This document shows positions 10,886 through 19,420 of a DNA stretch of 64,000 nt, piece by piece. This stretch comes from Patescibacteria group bacterium (GTDB lineage: Bacteria > Patescibacteriota > Minisyncoccia > Ryanbacterales > GWA2-47-10b): the NCBI GenBank assembly GCA_038065475.1, contig JBBTQY010000015.1, positions 6,608 through 70,607 on the forward strand, read 5' to 3'. Made by a program: the position numbers and the translations under genes. The notes under the pieces are model-generated. The model ran no database searches. It was not told the origin of the DNA and worked only from the letters and a program-made list of their open reading frames with translations. Numbering within the stretch: position 1 is the stretch's first letter; each line of letters opens with the position of its first letter.

Positions 10886-11240
10886 GGGAGTGACAGGCCT
10901 CGACGGGGTCTCGACTCTTTGAAAATCAGGCAAGAGCAGGTGTGGTCACCTCTTTCAAAAATGCCACACGCCAATAAGTGCAAACTTATTTAACCGCCAG
11001 CCGGCGATGGCTTTTGCCTAAGCCGCAGGCGTTTCTCTAGCCACTACGTGCTAGAGCATCGGTCCGCAACCGCTAGGTGCGTGGAATGCCGGTGTTATAA
11101 TCCCTAGCTAGTGCGCACTATGCTCGATACCCGCGCGCGAAACTAATCGAGCAAACTCTCTTGCTTCGTGCTTGAGTACGCCTGTATAAATTTTTATTGA
11201 GAAGAACTTTCGGACGGCGGTTCGATTCCGCCCACTTCCA
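10886..11240 (+). ncRNA. ssrA: tmRNA (SsrA), standard one-piece form
   Basis: The 5' end GGGAGTGACAGGCCTCGACGGGG resembles the E. coli tmRNA 5' end. The 3' end ...GGACGGCGGTTCGATTCCGCCCACTTCCA forms a tRNA-like T-arm and a 7-bp acceptor stem with the 5' strand (GGGAGTG/CACTTCC, one G-U pair). The resume context TAAGT-GCA-AAC at 10980 is followed by an in-frame 13-codon tag ORF ending TAA at 11019-11021. CCA is not encoded. Confidence 0.75.
10980..11021 (+). other. tmRNA tag-peptide reading frame, with predicted tag (A)ANLFNRQPAMAFA
   Basis: The frame GCA AAC TTA TTT AAC CGC CAG CCG GCG ATG GCT TTT GCC TAA lies downstream of a UAAGU resume context analogous to E. coli UAGUC-GCA-AAC. Confidence 0.5.
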
Positions 11241-11293
11241 CTGAAATAGTTCGTTTACAACCGACAACGCAGCTAACCTTGTAGGAGAATCAA

Positions 11294-11506
11294 ATGCTCT
11301 GCACAATTTGCAAGCAAAGAGAAGCGACACAGACTGTCTTTAGCCAGGACTGTTGCGAGGACAGCATCTGCTGCAGAGGCGCCGAGAGCAAAGCCGAATT
11401 CTTGGGGTCGCCAATCAAAAGCTATGATTACAGAGTCCCCTCGAGTGGGAATCGCTGGGTGCGCCGCAAGCCACCACTCGACCAGCTCGATGACGATTTG
11501 GACTAG
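11294..11506 (+). CDS. Small Cys-rich hypothetical protein
   Basis: A 70-aa ORF with an AGGAG ribosome-binding site (RBS) 7 nt upstream. The N-terminus carries CTICKQ...CCEDSICC. It lies inside the GC-rich island directly after ssrA. Confidence 0.25.
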   Translation: MLCTICKQREATQTVFSQDCCEDSICCRGAESKAEFLGSPIKSYDYRVPSSGNRWVRRKPPLDQLDDDLD

Positions 11507-11543
11507 CCAGCCTGACAACGAGCGGCAAAGGAGGCCGCAGCAA

Positions 11544-12566
11544 ATGCAACCAATCTATGCCGACACGCTCGGCTTCATCGGCGGCAAAATGGGGCCGCCA
11601 GAGTTCACGCCCGAGATCTTCGCGCGCTTGCGCGAGAGCGGCGTGCGACTTGTTCAGTGGGCTGGACCCCATCCGGCCCATCAGAAATGGGAAAACCTCA
11701 TCCACGAGGTGCGCGAGACTGAGGGACGATTGGAGAGTCTTCCGCACCAATTCCGAATCGTACGAAACGGCCGTGACCTCAGGGTCATCGAGCACACCGA
11801 CATCGTCTACGTGGTAATGGGAATTCAAAACCCTTGTCTCATTGAAGATCGATGGGATCGACTCGATGAGCTCAAGGAGGCTGGGGTGCGCGTCATGCAA
11901 GTCGCCTACTGGGACGAGCGTGATGCCATCTACGGGTGCGGATACCTGACCGAGAACGACACGGGACTCACCGCCCTCGGGCATGAATACCTCCGGGAGC
12001 TCGCGAAACGCGGATTCATCCTCGATCTCTCCCACACAGGAGAGCGTACTGCTCTCGAAGCACTCGAGGCGTACTCAGGTCGCGTAATGATCTCGCATAC
12101 GGGCAGCCGCCAAGCCTACAATCATCCCCGTAACGCGACAAACGACATCATCCGCCGGGTGGCGGAACGGGATGGCATCATCGGCATCTACACCATGACC
12201 TTCTTCCTCGATGCTGAAAACAATGGCATCGAGTCGTGGCTTCGGCACGTCGACTACGTCGCGCATACGGCCAACTGGCGTTGGGCAAACACCATCACCG
12301 TCGGGTCCGATGCACCAGTCACGGGCTTTACCAACATCGAGGAAGCCGAGGCAGATTTCCCACGGCTCACGGCCTCGCTCGAACGCGGACGACCCATCAA
12401 TCCTCGATGGGCACCGCGCTGGCCTGCGTTCACACCGGAGTTCAACGGGACAGACCGGTTTCGTGTGATGGAACGTGCACTTGCAGCATGGTGTGGGCTG
12501 GAGGTAGCGAGCAGAATCTGCGGCACCAACGCTCGCAACTTCTATCTCTACTCAATCAAACCTTAG
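11544..12566 (+). CDS. Membrane dipeptidase (peptidase M19, renal-dipeptidase family)
   Basis: The motifs DLSHTGERT...ISHTGSRQAYNHPRNATNDIIRRVAERDGIIGI match the M19 conserved His/Asp metal-ligand pattern. The start was chosen at MQPIYAD with an AAAGGAGG RBS 8 nt upstream. The coding sequence is GC-rich. Confidence 0.7.
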   Translation: MQPIYADTLGFIGGKMGPPEFTPEIFARLRESGVRLVQWAGPHPAHQKWENLIHEVRETEGRLESLPHQFRIVRNGRDLRVIEHTDIVYVVMGIQNPCLIEDRWDRLDELKEAGVRVMQVAYWDERDAIYGCGYLTENDTGLTALGHEYLRELAKRGFILDLSHTGERTALEALEAYSGRVMISHTGSRQAYNHPRNATNDIIRRVAERDGIIGIYTMTFFLDAENNGIESWLRHVDYVAHTANWRWANTITVGSDAPVTGFTNIEEAEADFPRLTASLERGRPINPRWAPRWPAFTPEFNGTDRFRVMERALAAWCGLEVASRICGTNARNFYLYSIKP

Positions 12567-12600
12567 CCGACCCAAAACGGGGGTCGCCGTAAACAAACCG

Positions 12601-12637
12601 TTCCGGCTCGCGCGTTCCACGTGCGAGCCGTTTTTTA
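12601..12637 (+). terminator. Rho-independent terminator after the dipeptidase gene
   Basis: The 10-bp stem ggctcgcgcg...cgtgcgagcc is followed by gTTTTTTa. A shorter hairpin cgaccc-aaaac-gggtcg precedes it. Confidence 0.5.
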
Positions 12638-12733
12638 TGATAAAAAAATTGAAAAATTATTGTTGACAACTCGGCTTTTTCTAATCTATAAGAAAAGAAG
12701 TAGATCTTCGCAAGAAGAGAACAAGGAGGCCAT

Positions 12734-13219
12734 GTGTTGTCCACGATTCTTTTGCTCGTAGCACTCGCGGCTCCCCCGACTTCCTCAACGCCCCCGCCAC
12801 AGGCGTCGCAATCCAGCTCAGTGCCAGATTGTACCGGGGAGAAGGTGAAGGACTTCGAGCCGGTACTGCACGAACACGACAGCACTATTCAAGCCGTAGG
12901 GCTCGGTCGTTCGCTCTATGAGAACTCCGGCACGGGTCGCAAGTGTCTCTTCTACTCCTCAAGTAAGGGAGGAGAAGTAATCTGGCAGACGCGAAGAGAT
13001 GACGACGGTTCTTTCACCGCATGGGTACTACAAAAAGACAAGTCGTATCGAAAGTACGAAAACGCGGCCATACGGTATGATAACGAGATTCAGCAAGATG
13101 AAGAAGGAAACGAGACTCTCGTTTTCCTGCTCGAGATAGTGCGCCCGAACAACAACATGAAGGATGTGGTGGACACCGCTTCGTTCGCCTTCGAAATAAA
13201 GCGGGGCCGGAGCGCGTAA
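12734..13219 (+). CDS. Small secreted hypothetical protein (GTG start)
   Basis: An AAGGAGG RBS lies 4 nt upstream of the GTG. The N-terminal signal-like segment is LSTILLLVALAAPPTSS. The coding sequence is GC-rich. Confidence 0.45.
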   Translation: MLSTILLLVALAAPPTSSTPPPQASQSSSVPDCTGEKVKDFEPVLHEHDSTIQAVGLGRSLYENSGTGRKCLFYSSSKGGEVIWQTRRDDDGSFTAWVLQKDKSYRKYENAAIRYDNEIQQDEEGNETLVFLLEIVRPNNNMKDVVDTASFAFEIKRGRSA

Positions 13220-13221
13220 GC

Positions 13222-13265
13222 CACGACCGAGAGCCCAACCGTTTTACACAACGGTCGGGCTTTTT
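13222..13265. terminator. Bidirectional terminator hairpin between the convergent genes
   Basis: The hairpin gcccaaccgtt-ttacaca-aacggtcgggc is followed by TTTTTTATT on the plus strand. On the minus strand it lies downstream of the 13285..13638 gene. Confidence 0.45.
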
Positions 13266-13284
13266 TATTGATAGGTCGTTTTTA

Positions 13285-13638
13285 TTATCCCTTCTTTTTG
13301 AACTTCACCGAGAATACCGGTTCGTATTGGTTTGCATGCTCATCGGTAATTTCGACAGGCTCCCCTTTCATCATGTGCGTGAGGGCGATATCACTGAGCA
13401 TTTCTTGATCGCTCTTGAGATTGTTTTTCATACTCTCAAGCTTTGCGAACTCAGCCGCTGACTCACGCTTGATCTTTTGTTCTATCGACAATTTTTTATC
13501 ACGGATTTTGTTGTATTCCTGCACAATCTCGCGATACCCATTGGTATTTTCGAGCGCGTCTTTATATGCGCCCTTCAGATCACGCTGTTCGCGCCTGATA
13601 TCTTGTATGCGGTTAAATATTTCTTGAGCACTTTTCAT
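13285..13638 (-). CDS. Hypothetical coiled-coil protein
   Basis: An AT-rich ORF of about 117 aa beginning MKSAQEIFNRIQDIRREQRDLKG..., with an AAGGTGGG RBS upstream of the internal Met. No family was recognised. Confidence 0.4.
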   Translation of the reverse strand: MKSAQEIFNRIQDIRREQRDLKGAYKDALENTNGYREIVQEYNKIRDKKLSIEQKIKRESAAEFAKLESMKNNLKSDQEMLSDIALTHMMKGEPVEITDEHANQYEPVFSVKFKKKG

Positions 13639-13787
13639 AATGCCCACCTTACAGGAAAACCCCACACTCTGTCAGCACTGGATAACTTTTTGATTTGCCT
13701 AAATCATCATGCGCAAGATACGATGCAAATAGAACCCAAGGCTAGACCCTTTGAAATCTGAAGGAGGAACATAAGGAGAGACGAAGT

Positions 13788-14915
13788 ATGCAACCGCAAA
13801 CAGCGCCCGAAGAAGACGTAGAGTACCGAGCAGCCGTAGAAGCCGTAATGAAAGCAGGATATCCGGATTGCGCCGCCATCAGCAAGGCAACGGGGGTGCA
13901 AGGAATACCGCCGGCCAAGGCACTCATCGCCCGCATGCAAAAAGACGGCTTTGTCAGTACACCGAAACGTAAGGGAGAAGAACCTCGAGTCCTCGTGAAC
14001 GCTCGTGAGTTCGCCAGATACTTTGAGATACCTCCTGAGCTTGATGGCGAGACGCGTGAACTCCTCGAATTCATCGACCTCACACTCTACGAGCGCGAGG
14101 AAATCTCCATCAACGGCATCATCACCGAGTTCAAAGATCTTGGCATCAGCCGAGAAGTCGCCGAGGAAGCCCTCGGAGAGCTTGCGCGCCTGAATAAAAT
14201 AGGCGAGATCGATGGGCGCGGTACCGCAATCGTTTTCCCCCAGAGAGAAACAGCGACCGGAGATGGAACTCAACCGCAAGTAGCAAGACTCCCGAGACCC
14301 AGACCCACGAGACCTGCGCCACCGAGCATCCGTGGCAGCATCGGCGTACGCCCACCTACTCTGCGTGGTGATGATGTATCTCCACCGCCCACGCTTGTAC
14401 CAAATGCGGCAAAACCAGCGCCTGTATCTGAACCGCTCAAGTGTGCATGGCCCGGCTGCACAGAGACCAAGTTCATGAGCGTAACTCGGAAGCTTTGCTC
14501 GCGCCACAACCAACGGCTTCTGGGACTGTGGAGACGCAATGGCGGCGGACAAGGGACAAACGTACCCATGCCATCGATCACTGAAGCCGTTGCGGACTAT
14601 GAAGCTCGCTCCAAAGGCACGTCTACCGTGCATCCCATACCACTCCCTGCCCCCCCATCAACCTCTCTCACGCTCGAGAAGTACGTGGACGACTCTGCGT
14701 CTCCATCAGTAGCGCCGACAGACGAATACTCGTGGCAGACGCAAGTCGCTGAGCTTCAGCGACGCATCAGCGAGCTTGAAGCAGCCAACCAAGAACTCGA
14801 GGCCTCAGTTCGCCACCTCGAGGAGTGTCTCGCGAGACTCAAAACGGAAAGACAAGGTCTTGCTGAAACCCTTGTCTCCAACCCATTCCTCCAAAACCTC
14901 ATCACTCTGCGATGA
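13788..14915 (+). CDS. Hypothetical protein with an N-terminal winged-helix-like region, a Pro-rich linker, a C4-type Cys/His cluster and a C-terminal coiled coil
   Basis: A strong RBS (GGAGGAACATAAGGAGAGACGAAGT) precedes the ATG. It contains C-x4-C-x13-C-x2-H (CAWPGC...CSRH) and a heptad-like C-terminus (QVAELQRRISELEAANQELEASVRHLEECLARL). It is GC-rich. The overlapping minus-strand ORF 13707..14633 is judged spurious. Confidence 0.4.
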   Translation: MQPQTAPEEDVEYRAAVEAVMKAGYPDCAAISKATGVQGIPPAKALIARMQKDGFVSTPKRKGEEPRVLVNAREFARYFEIPPELDGETRELLEFIDLTLYEREEISINGIITEFKDLGISREVAEEALGELARLNKIGEIDGRGTAIVFPQRETATGDGTQPQVARLPRPRPTRPAPPSIRGSIGVRPPTLRGDDVSPPPTLVPNAAKPAPVSEPLKCAWPGCTETKFMSVTRKLCSRHNQRLLGLWRRNGGGQGTNVPMPSITEAVADYEARSKGTSTVHPIPLPAPPSTSLTLEKYVDDSASPSVAPTDEYSWQTQVAELQRRISELEAANQELEASVRHLEECLARLKTERQGLAETLVSNPFLQNLITLR

Positions 14916-14965
14916 GTCCGTTCAGCCTTGCGCGTCACACGCCAAGGCTGTTTTTTTATATATTT

Positions 14966-16891
14966 TTATTTTTTGAAATATTCGTAATCACGCCCATCGG
15001 TAAAGTGATTCCTGCCATCAGCCGTCATACATCCCTCAAATGCTGCCTGCGAGCGCGCCTCGCCATCACGCATCGGTTGCATCGTATGCCACATGTCTCC
15101 ATACGCCTCACATGATCGCTGAAAAGGACCTTTGAGTAACGTGCTATTTGCAACCCATACAACGCAGGCACACAGGAGCGCCGCACCAAGTCCTCGCCAA
15201 AAATCTCTATCAGATACCACAAACTCGCCATCAAACGTCATGCTGCCCGTCCACCACCAAAGAAAGCCTGAGAGCATAATAATACCCGCCAATGCTGCAC
15301 CGAGCATCATCTCCAATATTTTTTCGCGCCCACTTTCAACTAGTGGCCAATTTGATTCATATGAAGCTACAGCGTCATATACTCCGTCGCGCTGTGCCGT
15401 CACATCAAAACGCCACGCACCTGCGGGAGTAATCACCTCTTTGGGCACTGCATACCCGCCGTCAAAACGCTTCTCGATGGGCGCTACAATCGGGCCGATG
15501 TTATACGCGCTATTAGTCAATGTCACTATAGTATTGCGCACGGGCATCTCACTCTCTACCTCGACGATGAGCGTGCCGGGTTCTGCAAGACGCTCTTCGA
15601 GCGTAAGTGTGGCGCCATTGCTTTCCACCTGGTGAAGTATCATCTCGGGCGCGCCAAGTGGTGGCGTCGTGATGATGATGAATGCCGTCGCAAAAAGCGC
15701 CAACACGCCCGCAAACATTTCGAACACCAATAGTAAAGAAAGATATTTTTGTAGTGCAGGTCGCATGCGGAGCGCGTACCATCCAGCAATGCGTGCCGCA
15801 AACAACATGCCACCAAACAAAGAAAGGATGACAAACATCCTACCCCACGAGGTACCGAGTACGTTGCCGAATCCCTTAAGATGCAGCCATACAATGTACA
15901 CGCCCGTGATACCCGCCACAAGCAAACAAATAATCGTCAGGCGCGCGAGTTTTTTGAGAAATATATTTACCTGCGTACGATCCTTGAGTGGTAATATCGC
16001 CTCAACCGCTATGATGAGCGCCCCGATCCATAGGTCTTTAAAAAAGAGATGTACCGTGTTGATTACCACTGAAAGCTCAGGCATCACTTTTGAGGCAGCT
16101 GCGTGACTGATGAGTGAACGTAAAAACACCATGCCGATTACTGCAAGCCATGCGAGTACTCGTACGCGCTGCCACGTAAAAAGTACTACGAGCGCAAGCC
16201 CTGCGCGCGCTGCGGCAGCCATACCTGCGTTGGTAGACATAAACGGCATAAACGCATCGGTGAGACTCGCGCCACGTACACCCGCAAGCTGATTTGTTTT
16301 GAGTCCTATGAAAGCAACAGCACCAATCACTACAAGCCACGCACCAAATATCACGAGACGCCACATGCGCCGCTTCTCACCCCACGCAAACATCACGAGT
16401 GCCGCAAGGAGTATCGCCTGCCCAATCAACTCTATCCAAAGTGTTACAGCCTCGGGTACTGCCGAGCTATGCGAAACCTCAAAACGCTCGGCGCCTGCGG
16501 CTGCGGCCACCCCTATGCCAAACGCGTAGGCACCTTTGGTAAAATGCCCATCATCAGATGACACTACCTGCCACGAAACAGTATATGAACCTTGTGCCAA
16601 TGCACCAAGCTCGACTAAAAAACGATGAGCATCGACCGGATCAACGCGCGCGGGCCCTTGCTCGACATGAGATCCGTCTGCCGCAAAAACTACAATACTC
16701 GACGCGCGCTCTTCTATGCGCTCACTAAAAACAATCGTAATACGCTCGGGCGCCGCCTCAAGGCGCGCACCTGAGTCAGGCTCATAGATAGTGGGTGTCG
16801 CATGCGCCCATGCGCGCCCAGGTATGAGCGCGCAGAGAGCCAATGCGACGATAACTTTTTTAGACAACTTTTTTGGCCTTAGAGAGAGCAA
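14966..16891 (-). CDS. Copper resistance protein, a CopC-CopD fusion (YcnJ-like) with an extra C-terminal periplasmic domain
   Basis: After the signal peptide there is a canonical CopC domain (HATPTIYEPDSGARLEAAPERITIVFSERIE...GSYTVSWQVVSSDDGHFTKGAYAFGIGV). It is followed by about 8 transmembrane helices typical of CopD. The ORF is 641 aa. Confidence 0.75.
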   Translation of the reverse strand: MLSLRPKKLSKKVIVALALCALIPGRAWAHATPTIYEPDSGARLEAAPERITIVFSERIEERASSIVVFAADGSHVEQGPARVDPVDAHRFLVELGALAQGSYTVSWQVVSSDDGHFTKGAYAFGIGVAAAAGAERFEVSHSSAVPEAVTLWIELIGQAILLAALVMFAWGEKRRMWRLVIFGAWLVVIGAVAFIGLKTNQLAGVRGASLTDAFMPFMSTNAGMAAAARAGLALVVLFTWQRVRVLAWLAVIGMVFLRSLISHAAASKVMPELSVVINTVHLFFKDLWIGALIIAVEAILPLKDRTQVNIFLKKLARLTIICLLVAGITGVYIVWLHLKGFGNVLGTSWGRMFVILSLFGGMLFAARIAGWYALRMRPALQKYLSLLLVFEMFAGVLALFATAFIIITTPPLGAPEMILHQVESNGATLTLEERLAEPGTLIVEVESEMPVRNTIVTLTNSAYNIGPIVAPIEKRFDGGYAVPKEVITPAGAWRFDVTAQRDGVYDAVASYESNWPLVESGREKILEMMLGAALAGIIMLSGFLWWWTGSMTFDGEFVVSDRDFWRGLGAALLCACVVWVANSTLLKGPFQRSCEAYGDMWHTMQPMRDGEARSQAAFEGCMTADGRNHFTDGRDYEYFKK

Positions 16892-17582
16892 ATCCAGCGA
16901 TACCTACGCCAATCAAACCAATCAATATACCAACAGCGCCGACAGTCTTGGCTTTGCCAGCATATTGTTCGGCTCTATCAATACGCGCACCGATGCCGAC
17001 GACATCGGCAGACGGTTCAGGAAACCCAAGATCAGCTTTGGCCATAGGGCAGCCGAACGCGCCACCCTTTGACATACGCGCGACAGCATCAGTCATCTTG
17101 ATCATGGTATTGTCATCTTCTGCGCGTGGGTGACCTGCGGGATTACAGGTAAACGAAAGATCCACCGCTACCCCATCAATGGTGCCCTTGAAACGGTATG
17201 TGTAGGTCGTCATCACGGTTGGAACAAAAACCGCACGATACGCACCTGGATCATTGTACGCGGGTGTGAGTGCGAGCTCTTTTGATTTACCGCCCGCGGT
17301 AAGCTCAACCTTGAGTGTCTGCTCAAGCCCAGTGACCGGAGCACCCTCCTCATCATGGCCAGCTGCAGCTCCATGGTCATCTTCGTGCGCGGGTGCAGCA
17401 CCGAGCTTTTTGACACGCAATTCCACCCCCGTCTTGTCATCTACTGCGATAGGTTCGGCAAGCGATCCTACCGTAAACTCATAAAGATTATTGCCAATTT
17501 TATAGACATGATGCTCATGTGCAAACGCGAGCGCAGGTGATAGAAACAAACCTGCCATCGCCAATACTGCAATTTTTTTCAT
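16860..17582 (-). CDS. Putative periplasmic metal (copper)-binding protein with a C-terminal membrane anchor (YcnI-like context)
   Basis: It has a signal peptide (MKKIAVLAMAGLFLSPALAFA). The mature N-terminus begins HEHH, and there is a His/Asp/Glu-rich loop (HEDDHGAAAGHDEEG). The C-terminus is a transmembrane anchor (VGILIGLIGVGIAGFALS). It lies directly downstream of copCD. Confidence 0.4.
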   Translation of the reverse strand: MKKIAVLAMAGLFLSPALAFAHEHHVYKIGNNLYEFTVGSLAEPIAVDDKTGVELRVKKLGAAPAHEDDHGAAAGHDEEGAPVTGLEQTLKVELTAGGKSKELALTPAYNDPGAYRAVFVPTVMTTYTYRFKGTIDGVAVDLSFTCNPAGHPRAEDDNTMIKMTDAVARMSKGGAFGCPMAKADLGFPEPSADVVGIGARIDRAEQYAGKAKTVGAVGILIGLIGVGIAGFALSKAKKVV

Positions 17583-17623
17583 AAGGAATAAAGATTAGTC
17601 TGATAAAAACTTAAAAAAGGTTT

Positions 17624-17950
17624 TTACCAGACTTTGGTGTGGAGAATGCCTCGCTGAAAAAATATCAAAAGATCATGCCGTGCGACCCGCACCAAGACAA
17701 CAAAACAATTTATCGAGTGTCGCAAAAAATAGAGAGAAAGAGTCATGCGTGCCCTGGTAGTCTGTACCAGCATAAAAAGACCGCAGAGCAGGGCGATCAA
17801 TAACATCTTGCGATTGTCACCGTGCAGTGGAGAGGCTGGCTCACCGCCAAAAAGTGTATGCGGGTGATCATGTTCTGCGTGTGCATCGTGCGCTAAAAAT
17901 GTCATCACCAAAAAAAGCGCGAGAAATGGGATAAGGAAAATCCTCAACAT
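17624..17950 (-). CDS. Small membrane protein with a His-rich loop (hypothetical)
   Basis: Two hydrophobic segments flank AHDAHAEHDHPH. It is adjacent to the copper cluster, and the 3' part of the ORF may be non-coding. Confidence 0.3.
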   Translation of the reverse strand: MLRIFLIPFLALFLVMTFLAHDAHAEHDHPHTLFGGEPASPLHGDNRKMLLIALLCGLFMLVQTTRARMTLSLYFLRHSINCFVVLVRVARHDLLIFFQRGILHTKVW

Positions 17951-17971
17951 ACGTCCAGTATATCAAAAACT

Positions 17972-18129
17972 TAGCACTGTGGGCACGATACCGTAGCCAT
18001 TGCTACTGAATCTATCTCACTATCGATCTCGAGAATCGTGTACTGGATGTATCCCCAGAGCCCGAACCCGACGATAACGATGAGTGAAATGGCCCAGAAA
18101 AACCATCTATCGCGGATCATACCTTCCAT
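17972..18129 (-). CDS. Small (52 aa) membrane protein ending in CPQC (hypothetical)
   Basis: The ORF MEGMIRDRWFFWAISLIVIVGFGLWGYIQYTILEIDSEIDSVAMATVSCPQC was read directly from the sequence. It is not in the supplied track (shorter than 60 aa). Confidence 0.2.
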
Positions 18130-18200
18130 ATTTTCATACTATAAAAGACTGACAGCGCAAGGCAAAATGATTCTTGTTGATAGCCATGTTGGTTGGTCTT

Positions 18201-18235
18201 GACAAAAAAAGTATTTTTTATCATAATCTTTCGAG
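18201..18235 (+). promoter_or_regulatory. Candidate sigma70-like promoter upstream of the small GC-rich ORF / infC operon
   Basis: TTGACA (18201-18206), a 17-nt spacer, then CATAAT. Confidence 0.3.
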
Positions 18236-18274
18236 AGCGGGCGAGTCTTTTTCGCCGACAACAAGGGAGGAAGC

Positions 18275-18619
18275 GTGCGAAGACATGAACGAGTCATCTG
18301 CCTCTGGTTTACGGGGCGCCCTATCACCGAAGAGATCGCTGAAGTTCTCTTCAATACCGCTCGCGAGATGCACCGCGAGTCCCGTACGGAGCAGCGCATC
18401 CGACGCCCCAACATGGAAGGCGTCGTGACCTCGACGGGCGCCGTCTACTCGATCGGCGGCATGGGAGGACCCGTATTCAACGTTGAGCTCGAGACAGATG
18501 CCGGCACCCTCAAGGTACGGTACCTCGCACGCACGCGAGACCTCGAGAGCGACGACGAGATCTCGTGGGACGTCTACTACCCTCCGACACACCCGAGCAT
18601 GAACGCCCACCACAACTGA
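18275..18619 (+). CDS. Small GC-rich hypothetical protein (GTG start)
   Basis: An AGGGAGGA RBS lies 4 nt upstream of the GTG. The ORF is 114 aa and sits immediately upstream of, and overlapping, the infC leader region. Its GC composition is atypical for the surrounding sequence. Confidence 0.3.
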   Translation: MRRHERVICLWFTGRPITEEIAEVLFNTAREMHRESRTEQRIRRPNMEGVVTSTGAVYSIGGMGGPVFNVELETDAGTLKVRYLARTRDLESDDEISWDVYYPPTHPSMNAHHN

Positions 18620-18705
18620 AGGACCGCGGTCCATCTTGGCGACCATCGCCGGGGTGGGCCCTTTTTATACCTACTCTTGACTTTAGAGCAGAATATCACT
18701 ACACT

Positions 18706-19317
18706 ATAGAAACGTTGGTACCAAAAACACGCATCAATCAAGCGATTAGCGCACCTGAACTCCGAGTCATCGGGGCTACGGGTGATAATATTGGTATCAA
18801 ATCACGAGACGAGGCCCTCGCACTTGCACTAGATGCCGGCCTCGATCTTATCGAGATTTCGCCTACGGCTAAGCCCCCCGTAGTTCGCATCATGGACTGG
18901 GGAAAGTACCAGTACCAACTCGAGAAAGATGCTCGAAAGGCAAAAAAGAAGTCGCACGAGATTGAGATAAAAGGCATTCGCGTACGCCTCGGTACCGGCT
19001 CACATGACCTCGTCATGAAAGCCAAGCAAGCAGAAAAGTTCTTGAAAGCGGGTCACCGCCTCCAGATTCAGCTCACCTTGCGCGGCCGAGAAAAATATAT
19101 TGATAAAAACTTTGTTCACGACAGGCTCACCAAACTTCTTGAGGCGATTACCGTCCCTCACAAGATTGCGGAAAAGCCCAAGAAAGGTCCCCGTGGACTC
19201 CTTATGACCATAGAACCCGAACATCATGGCAAAAACAAACAAAGCAGTCCTGCGCCGAGTCCGAGTAACCAAAAACGGGAAAGTACTCAAGCGCCGGCCG
19301 CATCAAAACCACTTTAG
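18706..19317 (+). CDS. infC: Translation initiation factor IF-3
   Basis: The core IF-3 sequence is present (INQAISAPELRVIGATGDNIGIKSRDEALALA...HEIEIKGIRVRLGTGSHDL). No in-frame ATG lies near the N-terminus. A non-AUG start (ATA 18706 or TTG 18715) is likely, as in many bacteria where infC uses AUU. The 5' boundary is uncertain. Confidence 0.75.
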   Translation: METLVPKTRINQAISAPELRVIGATGDNIGIKSRDEALALALDAGLDLIEISPTAKPPVVRIMDWGKYQYQLEKDARKAKKKSHEIEIKGIRVRLGTGSHDLVMKAKQAEKFLKAGHRLQIQLTLRGREKYIDKNFVHDRLTKLLEAITVPHKIAEKPKKGPRGLLMTIEPEHHGKNKQSSPAPSPSNQKRESTQAPAASKPL

Positions 19318-19411
19318 CGCAAAAAAAAGCCGTTCACGCCAAATGGCGAACAACAAAACCAAAGAATTTTCTTTTGGTAAAATTATCAAAGACCGTTATC
19401 TCCCCAACTAA
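19226..19411 (+). CDS. rpmI: 50S ribosomal protein L35
   Basis: The 61-aa ORF MAKTNKAVLRRVRVTKNGKVLKRRPHQNH... is Lys/Arg-rich as expected for L35. It overlaps the infC 3' end by 92 nt in another frame. Confidence 0.8.
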   Translation: MAKTNKAVLRRVRVTKNGKVLKRRPHQNHFSAKKSRSRQMANNKTKEFSFGKIIKDRYLPN

Positions 19412-19420
19412 CACACTTTC

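Noticed and set aside
11415-12035. Minus-strand 206-aa ORF antisense to the M19 dipeptidase
   Set aside because: The plus-strand frame has clear M19 motifs, an RBS and a terminator. The antisense frame is a GC-rich artefact.
13707-14633. Minus-strand 308-aa ORF overlapping the 13788..14915 gene
   Set aside because: It has no RBS and a low-complexity translation. The plus-strand ORF has a strong RBS.
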